Below are positions 12,094 to 23,401 of a DNA stretch of 32,000 nt, piece after piece. The DNA lies in assembly GCF_900167395.1 (NCBI RefSeq), contig NZ_FUWK01000018.1, forward strand, positions 15,026 to 47,025. The letters run 5' to 3'. The notes below the pieces were generated by a model. That model was not told the origin of the DNA, did no database searches, and saw only the letters and a program-made list of their open reading frames with translations. Both the position numbers and the translations under genes were made by a program. The stretch comes from Nitrosomonas europaea. GTDB lineage: Bacteria; Pseudomonadota; Gammaproteobacteria; Burkholderiales; Nitrosomonadaceae. Position 1 is the stretch's first letter. Every line of letters begins with the position of its first letter.

Positions 12094-13331
12094 CCAAAAC
12101 CCGTCATCTGACCATATTGGGTTCGACCGGCAGCATCGGTGAAAGTACGCTGGATGTAGTGGCCAGGCATCCTGGCCGGTATCAGGTAGTTGCGCTGACT
12201 GCTGACAGGAATGTTGAAAAAATGTTTGAGCAGTGCATACAGTTTCATCCGCCATACGCTGTGATGCTCGATGCACAGAGTGCCGAACAGCTGGAGGATA
12301 GATTGCATGCAGCGGGTTTGGATACCAGGGTGCTTTCAGGCATCGAATCACTGGAGAAAGTGGCATCCTTGCCGGAGATCGATACGGTTATGGCTGCGAT
12401 TGTCGGGGCAGCTGGTATTCGGCCTACGCTTGCTGCTGCACGGACGGGAAAACATATTCTTCTGGCCAATAAGGAAACACTGGTGATGGCGGGGCGTGTC
12501 TTTATGGATACGCTCAGACAGCACCATGCGACACTGCTGCCGATAGACAGTGAACACAATGCGATTTTTCAATCCTTGCCACAACATTTCAATGGAGATC
12601 TGGCGGGATCGGGGGTGCGTCGGATATTGCTGACCGCTTCGGGCGGGCCTTTCCGCACAGTGGATTTGAAAATACTGGAAACTGTGACACCAGAACAGGC
12701 CTGCGCACATCCCAACTGGGTAATGGGCAGAAAGATATCGGTTGATTCAGCTACCATGATGAACAAAGGGCTGGAAGTCATCGAAGCTCACTGGCTGTTT
12801 AACGCCGTGCCAGAGAAGATTCAGGTGGTTATCCATCCGCAAAGCGTTATTCATTCAATGGTTGAATATATCGACGGCTCGGTACTCGCCCAACTTGGCA
12901 ATCCGGATATGCGTACACCGATAGCGCACGCGTTGAGTTATCCTGAAAGAATGGAAAGTGGTGTGCAATCCCTGGATATGTTCAAGGTTGCGCGACTGGA
13001 TTTCGAATCCCCGGATTTCAAGCGGTTTCCCTGTCTCAGGCTGGCGTACGAAGCGCTTGCAGCGGGAGGCAATATGCCGGCAGTGCTGAATGCTGCCAAC
13101 GAAGTGGCTGTCGAAGTTTTTCTGGCTGGTAGAATACCCTTTACTGCAATTCCCGTGATGATCGAGGACGTGATGAAATCAACGGAAAGACGGGATGTCC
13201 CTGATCTGGAAGGTGTGCTCCTGGCTGATTTGCAGGCGCGCGCAACAGCTCGTGAATGGCTGGCCTGTAACATCCGGCAAAGTACAGGGCAACCAGGAAA
13301 GCCAGCATCCTCACTCAGTGCCGGGCAGTAA
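12090..13331 (+). CDS. dxr: 1-deoxy-D-xylulose-5-phosphate reductoisomerase
   Basis: [17 protein letters not shown]...LANKE...DSEH.AIFQ...SGGPFR...HPNWVMG motifs. 413 aa, with a short non-conserved-looking C-terminal tail. Confidence 0.96.
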   Translation: MTKTRHLTILGSTGSIGESTLDVVARHPGRYQVVALTADRNVEKMFEQCIQFHPPYAVMLDAQSAEQLEDRLHAAGLDTRVLSGIESLEKVASLPEIDTVMAAIVGAAGIRPTLAAARTGKHILLANKETLVMAGRVFMDTLRQHHATLLPIDSEHNAIFQSLPQHFNGDLAGSGVRRILLTASGGPFRTVDLKILETVTPEQACAHPNWVMGRKISVDSATMMNKGLEVIEAHWLFNAVPEKIQVVIHPQSVIHSMVEYIDGSVLAQLGNPDMRTPIAHALSYPERMESGVQSLDMFKVARLDFESPDFKRFPCLRLAYEALAAGGNMPAVLNAANEVAVEVFLAGRIPFTAIPVMIEDVMKSTERRDVPDLEGVLLADLQARATAREWLACNIRQSTGQPGKPASSLSAGQ

Positions 13332-13357
13332 AACGGATAATCCTCATATATTCTGAC

Positions 13358-14725
13358 ATGACAGTGCTCGCAACGATTTTTGCATTCGTAATCGCACTTG
13401 GCCTGCTGATCACTTTTCACGAACTCGGTCATTATCTGGCCGCCCGCTGGTGTGGTGTCAAGGTTTTGCGCTTCTCGCTCGGTTTTGGTCAGCCCCTTTT
13501 CAAAAAACGTTTGGGCAATGACCAGACAGAATGGGTGGTTGCAGCGATTCCGCTGGGGGGATATGTCAAGATGTTGGATGAGCATGAGGGGCAGGTTCCA
13601 GCCGGCGAACGCCATCGTGCATTTAATCACCAACCCGTCTCCAGACGTTTTGCTATCGTGGTAGCAGGACCTGTTGCCAATTTTCTGCTGGCCATCCTGC
13701 TGTACTGGCTGCTTTTCATACTTGGAGTCAGCGGCGTGAAGCCGATACTGGGGGAAATCGAACCCGCAACGCCTGCCGCTGTGGCCGGTTTCAGGAGTGG
13801 AGATACCATTACCGGAATCGGCGATCAGGCAATTACCACTTGGCAGGAAGCACGACTGCTGCTGCTGGACAATGCGGTGGATAAAAATGCTGATGTCAGG
13901 ATAACGGTGACGGGTGAAAGTGGAATTTCACGCCAGCTCAGATTTGATTTGAGCAGTCTTGGTGCAGAAGATATCGAAAAAGATTTTCTGGGAAAATTGG
14001 GTTTGAGTGCCTATCAGCCGATCATCGCTCCGGTGATCGACCAGGTGATGGCTGGCGGTGCGGCAGAGCATGCTGGCCTCGAGACAGGTGACAGGATCGT
14101 AGCGATAAATGGAAAGGGGATTACAACCTGGGAAGAGGTCGTTACGGTGATACGCTCAAGTCCCGGTCGCATACTTCTGATTGAAGCGATCCGGGACGGA
14201 CAGGAGCTCGATTTGTCATTGCAGCCGGAAGCAGTCTCCGAGGGAAGTACCGAAATCGGCAAGGCAGGTATTACGCCCAAAATCGAGCATGCACTTCTGG
14301 AAGGGCTGCTGGTGAAAACCAGCTACCCGCCAGCGATGGCTCTGGCTAAAGCAGTGACTAAAACCTGGGAGATGTCTTACTTTACTTTGCGTATGCTCGG
14401 AAAAATGGTTACGGGCGATGTTTCGCTGAAAAATATCAGTGGGCCGATTACTATCGCGAACTATGCCGGCCAGTCGGCCCAAATGGGACTGGCTGCTTAT
14501 CTGGGTTTTCTGGCGTTGATCAGTATCAGCCTGGGGGTGCTGAATCTCCTGCCGATCCCGGTTCTGGATGGCGGACATCTGATGTACTATTTGATCGAAA
14601 TGGTACGGGGAGCACCGTTACCCGAGAGAATCATGTATATCGGTCATCAGATCGGCGTGGTTCTGCTGGTTACCCTGATGATATTCGCAATACATAATGA
14701 TCTACTTCGTCTAGTTTCTGAATAG
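13358..14725 (+). CDS. rseP: Site-2 (RIP) zinc metalloprotease RseP
   Basis: [10 protein letters not shown] zinc motif, PDZ-like central region, [12 protein letters not shown] motif; 455 aa. Confidence 0.95.
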   Translation: MTVLATIFAFVIALGLLITFHELGHYLAARWCGVKVLRFSLGFGQPLFKKRLGNDQTEWVVAAIPLGGYVKMLDEHEGQVPAGERHRAFNHQPVSRRFAIVVAGPVANFLLAILLYWLLFILGVSGVKPILGEIEPATPAAVAGFRSGDTITGIGDQAITTWQEARLLLLDNAVDKNADVRITVTGESGISRQLRFDLSSLGAEDIEKDFLGKLGLSAYQPIIAPVIDQVMAGGAAEHAGLETGDRIVAINGKGITTWEEVVTVIRSSPGRILLIEAIRDGQELDLSLQPEAVSEGSTEIGKAGITPKIEHALLEGLLVKTSYPPAMALAKAVTKTWEMSYFTLRMLGKMVTGDVSLKNISGPITIANYAGQSAQMGLAAYLGFLALISISLGVLNLLPIPVLDGGHLMYYLIEMVRGAPLPERIMYIGHQIGVVLLVTLMIFAIHNDLLRLVSE

Positions 14726-14727
14726 CC

Positions 14728-17004
14728 ATGAAACTCAGGTTCCTGATATTGTTTTTTTCGCTTTATTCGTTGGGTTGTATGGCGAATGATTCGCTCGTAG
14801 TCCGGGATATACGGGTGGAGGGAATCCAGCGTACCGAGGCCGGAACGGTATTCAGCTATTTGCCTGTGAAGGTTGGAGATGTACTCGACAGTAAAAAGGC
14901 CAGTGCAGCCATCAAGGCATTGTATGCCACGGGTTTTTTCAGTGATGTCAAACTGAAATCTGAAGGTGGGTTGCTGATTGTGCAGGTTCAGGAGCGTCCT
15001 GCAATTGCCCAAATCAGCATCAATGGTGCAAAAGAGTTCGATAAAGACAAGCTCAAAGAAGGTTTGAAACAGGCTGGTTTGTCGGAATCTCGCATTTTCA
15101 GCCGCTCGTTGCTGGAAAAAGCTGAACAGGAACTGAAACGCCAGTACATCAGTCGCGGTAAGTACGCGGTCAAAATCACCACGACCACCACCCCGCTGGA
15201 GCGCAACCGTATCGGCATCAACTTCGATATCAAGGAAGGTAAGACTGCCCGCATCAAACAAATCAATATCGTTGGCAATCATGTTTTCCCCGAGGATGAT
15301 CTGGTCGATCTGTTCAGTCTCAAAACACCGGGTTTTATGACCTGGTTTACCAAGGATGATCAGTATTCAAAGCAGAAATTATCGGCGGATCTCGAAACGT
15401 TGCGCTCCTACTATCTCGATCGGGGATATCTGGAGTTCAATATCGAATCCACGCAGGTTTCGATTACACCGGATATGAAGGACATCTACATTACGGTCAA
15501 TGTGACCGAAGGCCCTCAATATACGGTATCCGATATCAAACTTGCCGGTGAGTTACTCGTGCCGGAGGAAGAATTACGTAAACTGATCAAACTTGAACCC
15601 GGTGGAATATTCGTACGCGAGAAACTGACCGAATCAATCAAGCTGATCAGTGACCGGCTGGGGAATGACGGTTATGCATTTGCCAATGTCAATGCCTCAC
15701 CTGAACTGGATAAGGAAACCCGGAAGACTGCATTTACTTTTTTCATCGATCCGGGGCGCCGGGTTTATGTCAGACGTATCAATATCAGTGGTAACGAACG
15801 TACCCGTGATGAGGTGATCCGTCGTGAATTCCGGCAGATGGAAGGGGGATGGCATTCGACCGAGCAGATCAACCGTTCGAGGCAGCGAGTGGACAGGCTG
15901 GATTTCTTTACTGGCGTGAATATTGAAACCCCCCCGGTGGCAGATGTTCCGGATCAGGTGGATATCAACGTCAATGTGGTTGAAAAACCGACCGGAGCAA
16001 TCATGTTTGGTGCCGGTTATTCTGATCGCGAAGGGATCATTCTGAACGGATCGATTGCCCAGAACAATATTCTGGGAACGGGTAACTTTTTAAGTCTGCA
16101 GGTAAATACTGGTAGCGTTAACAAGGTCATCTCTGCTTCATTCAACAATCCCTACTATACAATCAACGGGGTAAGTCTCGGTCTGGAAGCATTCAAACGT
16201 GATATCAATACCCGTTCCTTGAGTAGCGTGGGGATGTTCAATACTGATACGACTGGTGCCAATATACGGTTTGGTATTCCCGTTGCAGAGAATGATATCG
16301 TTTCATTAGGTTTGGGATATGAACACACTAAAATTGATTTGCGTGATGACAGTCCGCAACGATTCAAAGATTTCGTCGATCAATTCGGCAAGACTTCCAA
16401 TAATCTTCCGATTACCCTGAGCTGGGCACGTGATCGCCGTAACAGTGCTATCTGGACGACATCCGGGATGACACAGCGGCTGTTCGGCGAATTCGGTTTG
16501 CCGTTTGGTGACCTGAATTATTACAAAGTCAGTTATGAGCAGCGATGGTTCTTTCCTGTCACAAAAATGTTCACTTTGATGCTGAATGGTGAAGTGGGCG
16601 TTGGGGACGGCTATTCCGACAAGCCACTCCCCTTTTTCAAGAATTTCTTTGCAGGCGGTTTCAACTCTGTCCGGGGATACAACATCAATACATTGGGGCC
16701 GCGTGACAGCGATGACCGGGTACTGGGTGGCAGCAAGCGTATCGTAGGGAATATCGAAGTATTGTTTCCGGTGCCATTTATGAAGGAAGACAAATCGGTT
16801 CGTCTGAGTGCGTTTGCAGATGGAGGAACGATTGTCAATTCATTCTCCGGTCTGGGTTTTGATGATTTCCGCTATTCCGCCGGACTGGCTGCAACCTGGA
16901 TCTCACCCATGGGGCCGCTCAAATTCAGTGTTGCACAACCCCTCAATAATCAGTCGGGTGATAAGTTGCAGCGTTTTCAGTTTCAGTTCGGACAAACTTT
17001 CTGA
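14728..17004 (+). CDS. bamA: Outer-membrane protein assembly factor BamA
   Basis: 758 aa. Signal peptide, POTRA repeats (IRVEGIQRT..., INIVGNHVF..., [18 protein letters not shown]), C-terminal barrel ending ...FQFQFGQTF. Confidence 0.96.
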   Translation: MKLRFLILFFSLYSLGCMANDSLVVRDIRVEGIQRTEAGTVFSYLPVKVGDVLDSKKASAAIKALYATGFFSDVKLKSEGGLLIVQVQERPAIAQISINGAKEFDKDKLKEGLKQAGLSESRIFSRSLLEKAEQELKRQYISRGKYAVKITTTTTPLERNRIGINFDIKEGKTARIKQINIVGNHVFPEDDLVDLFSLKTPGFMTWFTKDDQYSKQKLSADLETLRSYYLDRGYLEFNIESTQVSITPDMKDIYITVNVTEGPQYTVSDIKLAGELLVPEEELRKLIKLEPGGIFVREKLTESIKLISDRLGNDGYAFANVNASPELDKETRKTAFTFFIDPGRRVYVRRINISGNERTRDEVIRREFRQMEGGWHSTEQINRSRQRVDRLDFFTGVNIETPPVADVPDQVDINVNVVEKPTGAIMFGAGYSDREGIILNGSIAQNNILGTGNFLSLQVNTGSVNKVISASFNNPYYTINGVSLGLEAFKRDINTRSLSSVGMFNTDTTGANIRFGIPVAENDIVSLGLGYEHTKIDLRDDSPQRFKDFVDQFGKTSNNLPITLSWARDRRNSAIWTTSGMTQRLFGEFGLPFGDLNYYKVSYEQRWFFPVTKMFTLMLNGEVGVGDGYSDKPLPFFKNFFAGGFNSVRGYNINTLGPRDSDDRVLGGSKRIVGNIEVLFPVPFMKEDKSVRLSAFADGGTIVNSFSGLGFDDFRYSAGLAATWISPMGPLKFSVAQPLNNQSGDKLQRFQFQFGQTF

Positions 17005-17030
17005 ATCAGAGAAGAGATTATCTGAAAGCA

Positions 17031-17594
17031 ATGAGATACCCGTTGGATCAATACTGGCAGGGAATGTTTTTCCGGTTCGTGAAGGCATTCGTTGTTACGA
17101 TGATGTTCGTTCTCCCGGTACATTCGTCTGCCGGAGAAATCAAGATCGGAGTGGTCAATACCGAGAAAGTTTTACGGGAATCGATGCCTGCTATCGAGGC
17201 ACAGAAAAAGATAGAACGGGAATTTCAGGCACGCGATGCACGCATCAGGGAACTTTCTGCGCAGATTACAGCATTGCAGCAGGAGCTGGAAAAAAATACG
17301 GGCACTGTGGATGAAGAAGAACGGCGTCTGAAGGAACGTGAACTCGCCGGTCTCAGTCGACAGTATCAGCGTGCACAGCAGCAGATGCGGGAAGATCTGA
17401 GTTTGCGCCAGAATGAGGAATATGGTCTGATTCTGGAGCGTATCAATCAGGTGATCAGGGAGCTTGCAGAGAAGCAGTCCTATGATCTGATCCTGCAGTT
17501 GCAGGATTCGGTTTATCGGAGCGCTCGCATCGATATCACTGACCAGGTCATCAAAGTATTGAACGCCAGGGAATCTGCTGCCAGGAAGCCATAA
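17031..17594 (+). CDS. skp: Periplasmic chaperone Skp (OmpH)
   Basis: Signal peptide, then [11 protein letters not shown] and a long coiled-coil (Q/E/R-rich). Positioned after bamA. The true start could be the internal Met at 17064. Confidence 0.85.
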   Translation: MRYPLDQYWQGMFFRFVKAFVVTMMFVLPVHSSAGEIKIGVVNTEKVLRESMPAIEAQKKIEREFQARDARIRELSAQITALQQELEKNTGTVDEEERRLKERELAGLSRQYQRAQQQMREDLSLRQNEEYGLILERINQVIRELAEKQSYDLILQLQDSVYRSARIDITDQVIKVLNARESAARKP

Positions 17595-17610
17595 ATATAC
17601 GATTACTGCT

Positions 17611-18072
17611 ATGAAACAGGGAGATAGACAAACCGTGATGGATATTCATGAAATACTGAAATACCTGCCGCATCGTTATCCATTGATTCTGGTTGACCGG
17701 GTGGTTTCCCTGGAATCAGGTAAACGGATTCATGCATACAAGAATGTTTCCATCAATGAACCCTATTTTTCCGGACATTTCCCCCATCATCCCGTCATGC
17801 CGGGCGTGCTGATCATTGAGGCACTGGCCCAGGCAGCCGCCTTACTGACCATTCGGTCGGAGAACATGGAAAAGGATAATGGGCAGGTGTACTATTTTGT
17901 GGGTATCGACGCGGTACGGTTCAAGAAACCGGTCATCGCAGGGGATCAACTGGTATTGAAGGTCGAAATCACCCGCCAGCTCAAAGGTATCTGGAAATAT
18001 GCTGCCTGTGCTGAAGTGGATGGCCAGGTGGTCACCGAAGCGCAACTGATGTGTACTGCCCGGGCAATCTGA
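17611..18072 (+). CDS. fabZ: 3-hydroxyacyl-ACP dehydratase FabZ
   Basis: [13 protein letters not shown]...[26 protein letters not shown] signature. 153 aa (alternative start at 17638). Confidence 0.95.
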   Translation: MKQGDRQTVMDIHEILKYLPHRYPLILVDRVVSLESGKRIHAYKNVSINEPYFSGHFPHHPVMPGVLIIEALAQAAALLTIRSENMEKDNGQVYYFVGIDAVRFKKPVIAGDQLVLKVEITRQLKGIWKYAACAEVDGQVVTEAQLMCTARAI

Positions 18073-18093
18073 TTCGGTTCGCAGCGGATTCAC

Positions 18094-18747
18094 GTGGCGG
18101 AAAGACGGATCCCGTTGAAGCATGAATATGCCCAGGACGGGAAGGTCATCTACGGTGTGGATGAAGCAGGCAGAGGGCCACTGGCCGGGCCCGTTTACGC
18201 TGCCTGTGTGGTGCTCGATCCTGCTGATGTCATCGAGGGACTGGCTGATTCCAAGCAGTTGAGCGAAAAAAAGCGAATCAGCCTGGCTGATCAGATCAAA
18301 CAGCGTGCTCGTGCATGGGCAATTGCTTCTGCTTCGGTTGAAGAGATTGACCGGCTGAACATTCTGCAAGCCAGCCTACTTGCAATGCAAAGAGCAGTAG
18401 TCAGCCTGCGGCCGATTTCCAATGCGCTGGTTCTGGTGGATGGCAACCATGCGCCACGACTGGATTGTGAAGTGCAGACAGTAATCAGGGGGGATAGTCT
18501 GGTGGCCGAGATTTCAGCAGCCTCGATTCTTGCCAAAACTGCACGGGATATTGAAATGTTGCGATTGCACGAAGCTTACCCGGTCTACGGTTTCGATCGG
18601 CATAAAGGTTATCCCACCAAGGCTCACCTGGAAGCGATTCGTTTACATGGAATAACCGACATTCATCGCAGGAGTTTCGCGCCATGTGTCGGGCAATCAG
18701 TATCGGGAGCTCGAACAACGAGTTTTATCAACCAAAAGGAAGCCTGA
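18094..18747 (+). CDS. rnhB: Ribonuclease HII
   Basis: GTG start; [14 protein letters not shown]...DSKQLS...VDG... motifs. Confidence 0.93.
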   Translation: MAERRIPLKHEYAQDGKVIYGVDEAGRGPLAGPVYAACVVLDPADVIEGLADSKQLSEKKRISLADQIKQRARAWAIASASVEEIDRLNILQASLLAMQRAVVSLRPISNALVLVDGNHAPRLDCEVQTVIRGDSLVAEISAASILAKTARDIEMLRLHEAYPVYGFDRHKGYPTKAHLEAIRLHGITDIHRRSFAPCVGQSVSGARTTSFINQKEA

Positions 18748-18761
18748 TTCAGGCGGAAAAC

Positions 18762-19241
18762 ATGCGCATAGTAAAAAATACGGTAGTGTCACTCCACTAC
18801 AAAATGATCGATCAGGAAGGCAATGTAATGGAAGAAACCGAAGAGCCCGTCAGCTATCTGCATGGCGGCTATGACGGGATATTTCCAGCAGTAGAAGAAG
18901 CTTTGCATGAAAAAGAGACTGGAGCAGCCTTATCCTTGCAAATGGAACCGGAAGATGCTTTTGGTGAGTACGATGAAGAGCTCATGCGGGTCGAGCCACG
19001 CAATGCATTCCCGGAAGAAGTCGCAGTCGGAATGCAATTCGAAGGCGGTGAGGAGGATTCCGATGATTTCTGCATCTATACGGTGAGAGAGATTACGGAT
19101 GATGTCGTAGTGGTAGACGGTAATCATCCTTACGCCGGTATGACGTTCCAGTTCGAGTGCACGGTGACGGAAGTACGTCCGGCAACGGCGGAAGAGCTAT
19201 CTCACGGCCATGTGCACGGACCGCACGGCCATGAGCATTGA
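18762..19241 (+). CDS. slyD: FKBP-type peptidyl-prolyl isomerase SlyD with His-rich tail
   Basis: I use the internal ATG at 18762 (after rnhB ends) rather than the track start 18684. MRIVKNTVVSLHYKMIDQEG...NHPYAGMTFQFECTV...HGHVHGPHGHEH. Confidence 0.88.
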   Translation: MRIVKNTVVSLHYKMIDQEGNVMEETEEPVSYLHGGYDGIFPAVEEALHEKETGAALSLQMEPEDAFGEYDEELMRVEPRNAFPEEVAVGMQFEGGEEDSDDFCIYTVREITDDVVVVDGNHPYAGMTFQFECTVTEVRPATAEELSHGHVHGPHGHEH

Positions 19242-19244
19242 TGA

Positions 19245-21866
19245 TCAATCCGTTTGATTGAGCATCGATTTGATCAGGTAAAGCTGTTCCAGTGCACCCC
19301 GGGGGGTCAGTTCATCGGGGTGGATCCGCTCGAGGTAATCAAGCACCGGGTGCACGGAAGCAGGCACGGCTTTCGCATTTTCCTCGACTGTTTCAAATAA
19401 AGTCTGCTGAGGGCTTCTGCTGAGCGTTTCCTGCTCCAGTCTCGCCAGAATTTTTGCAGCATTCCTGATGACTCTATCAGGTACACCTGCCAGTGCGGCG
19501 ACATGCAGTCCGTAACTCCGGCTGGCAGGCCCTTCCTCTATCCGGTGCAGAAAAACGATACGCCTTTTGTGCTCTACCGCTGTGACATGGATATTGACAG
19601 CTTGCGGGAACTCTTCTGCCAGCCGGGTCAGTTCGAAGTAGTGGGTGGCAAACAGGGTATAACTCTGGTTCTGGGTCAGCAGGTGGCGGGCGATGGCAAA
19701 AGCCAGTGCAAGCCCGTCGAAAGTTGAGGTACCCCGGCCGATTTCATCGACCAGTACCAGACTTTGGGCAGTTGCATTGCGTAAAATACCGGCTGCTTCC
19801 GTCATTTCCACCATAAAAGTAGAACGCCCGCCCGCGAGATCGTCGGCAGCACCAATCCGGGTGAAAATCTGGTCGATTGGTCCGATGCGGGCAATTTGGG
19901 CTGGAACAAAGCTGCCACAATGTGCCAGCAGGACGGTCAGTGCCGTCTGTCTCATGTAAGTGGATTTGCCGCCCATGTTCGGCCCGGTGATGACCAGCAT
20001 TTGCCGGTTTTCCCGCGTGATCGCTCCAAGTTGTACATCATTGGCGATATAGTGCTCCACCTGATTTTCTACCACAGGATGCCGGCCGGCTTCGATGATC
20101 AGAACGGGATCATCGGTGAATACCGGTTTGGTATAGCCGGACAGAGCGGCGCGTTCGGCAAAGGCACACAAGACATCCAGTTCTGCAACCGAGCGGGCGA
20201 TTTCCTGCAAGGGAATGATGAAATCAGCCAGCTGTTCCAGCAGTCGTTCGTACAACATTTTTTCCCGGGCCAGCGCCTGTTCGCGTGCGGATAATGTCTT
20301 GTGCTCGAATGCCTGTAACTCGGGAATGATATAGCGTTCCGCATTTTTCAAGGTTTGTCTGCGGCGGTAGTCCGGGGGGATTTTTTCTCCTTGAGCGCGG
20401 GTCACTTCGATATAAAAACCATGCACCCGGTTATATTCCACTTTGAGATTCGGGATTCCGGTACGCTCACGTTCGCGCGCTTCCAGCTGTAGCAGGAATT
20501 CATCGCAATTTCCCTGCAAGCCTCGCAGCTCATCCAGCTCGGCATCGAAGCCGTCAGCAATCACGCCGCCTTCGCGGATGACTGCGCCGGGTACCGGTTG
20601 CAGTGCGCGAACGAGCAATTGCGTGAGTAAGGGATCTGGTTGCATGGGCGGGATGAAACGATGAACGGCAGCTGCTGCCGAGGTTGCGATCAGTTCGATG
20701 ATTCCGGGGAGTCGCATCAGGCTGTCACGCAGGCCGGACAGATCGCGGGGTCTGGCCGTTCTCAGTGCAATCCGGCTGGTAATGCGCTCGATATCGGCAA
20801 TATGTTTGAACTGCTGCCGGATACCCGCATAGAGGGTTTCCGGTTGTGCCCCGATCAGGTCGGATACGGTATCGAGCCGTTGCTGCAGCGTGATCCGGTT
20901 GCGTAACGGATGATGCAGCCAGTGTCGCAACAACCGGCTGCCCATCCCGGTCGAACAAGTATCCAGCAGAGACGACAGTGTGGGTGCATCCTCGCCGCGC
21001 AGTGTCAGTGTAATTTCCAGATTGCGGCGTGTGGCGGCATCCATGCGCAAGTAGGCATCCTGTCGCTCTACCTGTAATGTATGCAGATGGCCGGGCAACT
21101 GCCCGGATGATCCATCTGTTGCGGTTTGTTGTGTCAGTCTGACGTATTCGAACAATGCGCCAGCTGCCATGATGGCTGCGTGCAAATCCTCGCAGCCAAA
21201 GGCATTCAGGTCGCGAGTGCCAAATTGCCGGGTAAGTTGCTGCATGGCATGTTCATAGTCGAACTGCCAGTCCGGTAAACGTTTGGGTCCAGCAAAATTA
21301 TTCAACGTTGCTGGCAGATCGAGCGATTCCGGCAATAGAATTTCTGCCGGATGCAGGCGTTCCAGCTCGCTTGTCAGGTTATCCGAAGAGGTTTCCAGTA
21401 CACGCATATCGCCCGCCGCCAGGTTGAGCCAGGCCAGCCCGATCGAGCCACGATGCAGTGCCAGTGCCAGTACGATACTGTTGCTGCGTTCTTCCAGCAA
21501 TCCGGCGTCAGTCAGAGTGCCGGGGGTAAGAATGCGAATAACCTGCCGTTCTACCGGTCCCTTGCTGGTGGCGGGATCTCCGGTTTGTTCACAGATGGCG
21601 ATGGATTCACCCAGCCTGACCAGTCTGGCCAGGTATTGATCGGCTGCATGAAACGGTACACCTGCCATCTTGATCGGTTCCCCGGCAGAGGATCCACGCT
21701 GGGTGAGGGTGATATCCAGCAATTTTGCTGCTTTCTCGGCATCCTCGTAAAACAGTTCATAAAAGTCCCCCATGCGGTAAAACAGCAGCTTATCGGTATG
21801 CTGCGCTTTGATCCGCAGATATTGCTGCATCATGGGGGTGTGTGAAGATTGTTCTGCTTTATTCAT
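19245..21866 (-). CDS. mutS: DNA mismatch repair protein MutS
   Basis: 873 aa. [15 protein letters not shown]..., Walker [26 protein letters not shown]. Confidence 0.97.
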
Positions 21867-21996
21867 ATAGAACGATAATTTGTTTTTATACCGTTATTTT
21901 CTGGAGGCAAATCTGACAAGGTGGAGTGGCTGGATCTTCTCGCGTTGGTACTTTGAATGGGCTCGATTGCGTTTCTGCCTTGTATATGAAGACGGT

Positions 21997-22134
21997 ATGA
22001 ATCGATTTGCTGCGTATCTCCGTACCGGGAATCCTATCTTGGTTGCTATTATACTCGCCGTGTTGCTAACCCTCGTTTGCTTACATTTTTTCCTCACCCG
22101 CGCAGTGAGGCTTGTACTGTTTATGCCAGGCTGA
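21997..22134 (+). CDS. Hypothetical 45-aa single-TM peptide (weak call)
   Basis: Internal Met of track ORF 21880..22134: MNRFAAYLRTGNPILVAIILAVLLTLVCLHFFL... One hydrophobic helix, poor SD, no recognisable family. Confidence 0.25.
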   Translation: MNRFAAYLRTGNPILVAIILAVLLTLVCLHFFLTRAVRLVLFMPG

Positions 22135-22143
22135 AACTGTCCG

Positions 22144-22173
22144 ATGACTCGTTCTTACTGCTTCCGATATAAT
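22144..22173 (+). promoter_or_regulatory. Sigma-70-type promoter for the fluoride riboswitch / crcB operon
   Basis: ATGACT-N18-TATAAT (-10 at 22168-22173). This places the transcription start a few nt before the aptamer. Confidence 0.55.
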
Positions 22174-22180
22174 AATAATT

Positions 22181-22232
22181 GGAGATGGCATTCCTCCATT
22201 AACCGCCGCAATCTGTGGCTGATGATGCCTAC
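22181..22232 (+). promoter_or_regulatory. Fluoride riboswitch (crcB RNA motif) aptamer
   Basis: GGAGAUGGCAUUCCUCCAUUAACCGCCGCAAUCUGUGGCUGAUGAUGCCUAC. It has the GGnGAUGGnnUnCCnCC stem, the AACCGCC junction, a short hairpin GCCGC-AAUCU-GUGGC, and CUGAUGAUGCCUAC, whose AUGCC can pair back to GGCAU. It lies directly upstream of crcB. Confidence 0.9.
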
Positions 22233-22302
22233 GACTGGCCGGACAGGCCGCGCGTAGGTATTGCTGCCTGTCCTCAAGAAAATTTCAAGAGAGGACGATA
22301 CC

Positions 22303-22686
22303 GTGTGGAAACCTATTCTCGCCATTGCCCTGGGTTCAACGCTTGGCGGACTTCTGCGATGGGGCTTGGGACTCAAGCTCAACAACCTGTTTCCTGACGT
22401 GCCGCCCGGTACATTGGTGGCCAATCTGATAGCCGGCTATGTCGTCGGCGTTGCAATAGCCTTTTTTGCCCACATGCCGAATTTGTCACCAGAGTGGCGT
22501 TTGCTGGTCATCACCGGCTTCTGCGGCGGGCTTTCTACCTTCTCTACCTTCTCGGCTGAAATTGTCAGCCTGCTGCAGCGTGGTCTGTATGCATGGGCCA
22601 TGAGCGCGATTGCTGTTCATGTCGCGGGATCACTGATTATGACGTTGGCAGGTATCGCCACGGTGACGTGGTTTAAATCCTCATGA
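22303..22686 (+). CDS. crcB: Fluoride channel CrcB (Fluc)
   Basis: 127 aa from GTG 22303 (SD AGAGGA 7 nt upstream): (M)[19 protein letters not shown]...[13 protein letters not shown]. The track start at 22261 (TTG) would run into the riboswitch expression platform. Confidence 0.9.
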   Translation: MWKPILAIALGSTLGGLLRWGLGLKLNNLFPDVPPGTLVANLIAGYVVGVAIAFFAHMPNLSPEWRLLVITGFCGGLSTFSTFSAEIVSLLQRGLYAWAMSAIAVHVAGSLIMTLAGIATVTWFKSS

Positions 22687-22696
22687 GGAGATTGTC

Positions 22697-23008
22697 ATGA
22701 ATGGTTACCAGATTACGTTTTTCACCCAGCAGGATCGACATCACGCCGGTAAACCTTTGGCTGACTGGCTCATGCATCTGGCTGCAGAGATGGGCTTGCG
22801 CGGAGCGACGCTGATTCCGGGCAGTGAAGGCATGGGGCATGACAAGCGTTTTCATTCGGTGCATTTTTTCGAGTTGTCGGACCAGCTGCTGGAGGTGGTG
22901 ATGGTGGTCAGTGAGGAAGAGGCCGATCAGCTCTTTGCACGACTGCGCGCTGAGGGTGTACGTCTTTTTTATGTCAAGGTAGCTGCTGAATTCGGAATCA
23001 TGGATTAA
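22697..23008 (+). CDS. DUF190 (UPF0166) family protein, frequent crcB partner
   Basis: 103 aa. GMGHDKRFHSVHFFELSDQLLEVVMVVSEEEA matches the DUF190 pattern as I recall it (G.G...H....LS.DLP..IE.VD.EE). It starts 10 nt after crcB. Confidence 0.7.
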   Translation: MNGYQITFFTQQDRHHAGKPLADWLMHLAAEMGLRGATLIPGSEGMGHDKRFHSVHFFELSDQLLEVVMVVSEEEADQLFARLRAEGVRLFYVKVAAEFGIMD

Positions 23009-23401
23009 TTCCAATTCTAAATCAAAACTTACTTTGTCGGCTTCCCCTTGCCGTATTGTTCATACTGTCTGCGGCTCGCCTTCTCGTCATTTTTGATTTG
23101 GAAATAGAATAAGACATCTCAGATCGAGTTTTCCATGAGCTGCATTCCATCCGCAACACGTAATGTGCGGTCATGTGGGATTTGATCAAAGATTCCCCAG
23201 GCTGTCGGCGGCAGACAGGGTCTGATCGATATGGGCAATCTGTCGGAATTTTTTACACTTCCTGTTATTTGTCTATTCATCATTGAAATTACAGATCATT
23301 TCTCCCGTTTTCCGGTTTTTTTGTGAGAAAAAATACGTAATTCCAACCCGGAAAATCTCAAAAAACGCTTGCAGCGTATCAAAAACCGTCGATAATTTTT
23401 A

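Noticed and set aside
19237-19260. Palindromes ATTGAT-G-ATCAAT and CAATC-CGTTT-GATTG spanning the 3-nt gap between the convergent slyD and mutS stop codons
   Set aside because: The stems are short (5-6 bp) with no U-tracts. The first resembles an FNR box but has a 1-nt rather than a 4-nt spacer. Probably coincidental; at most a weak bidirectional pause site.
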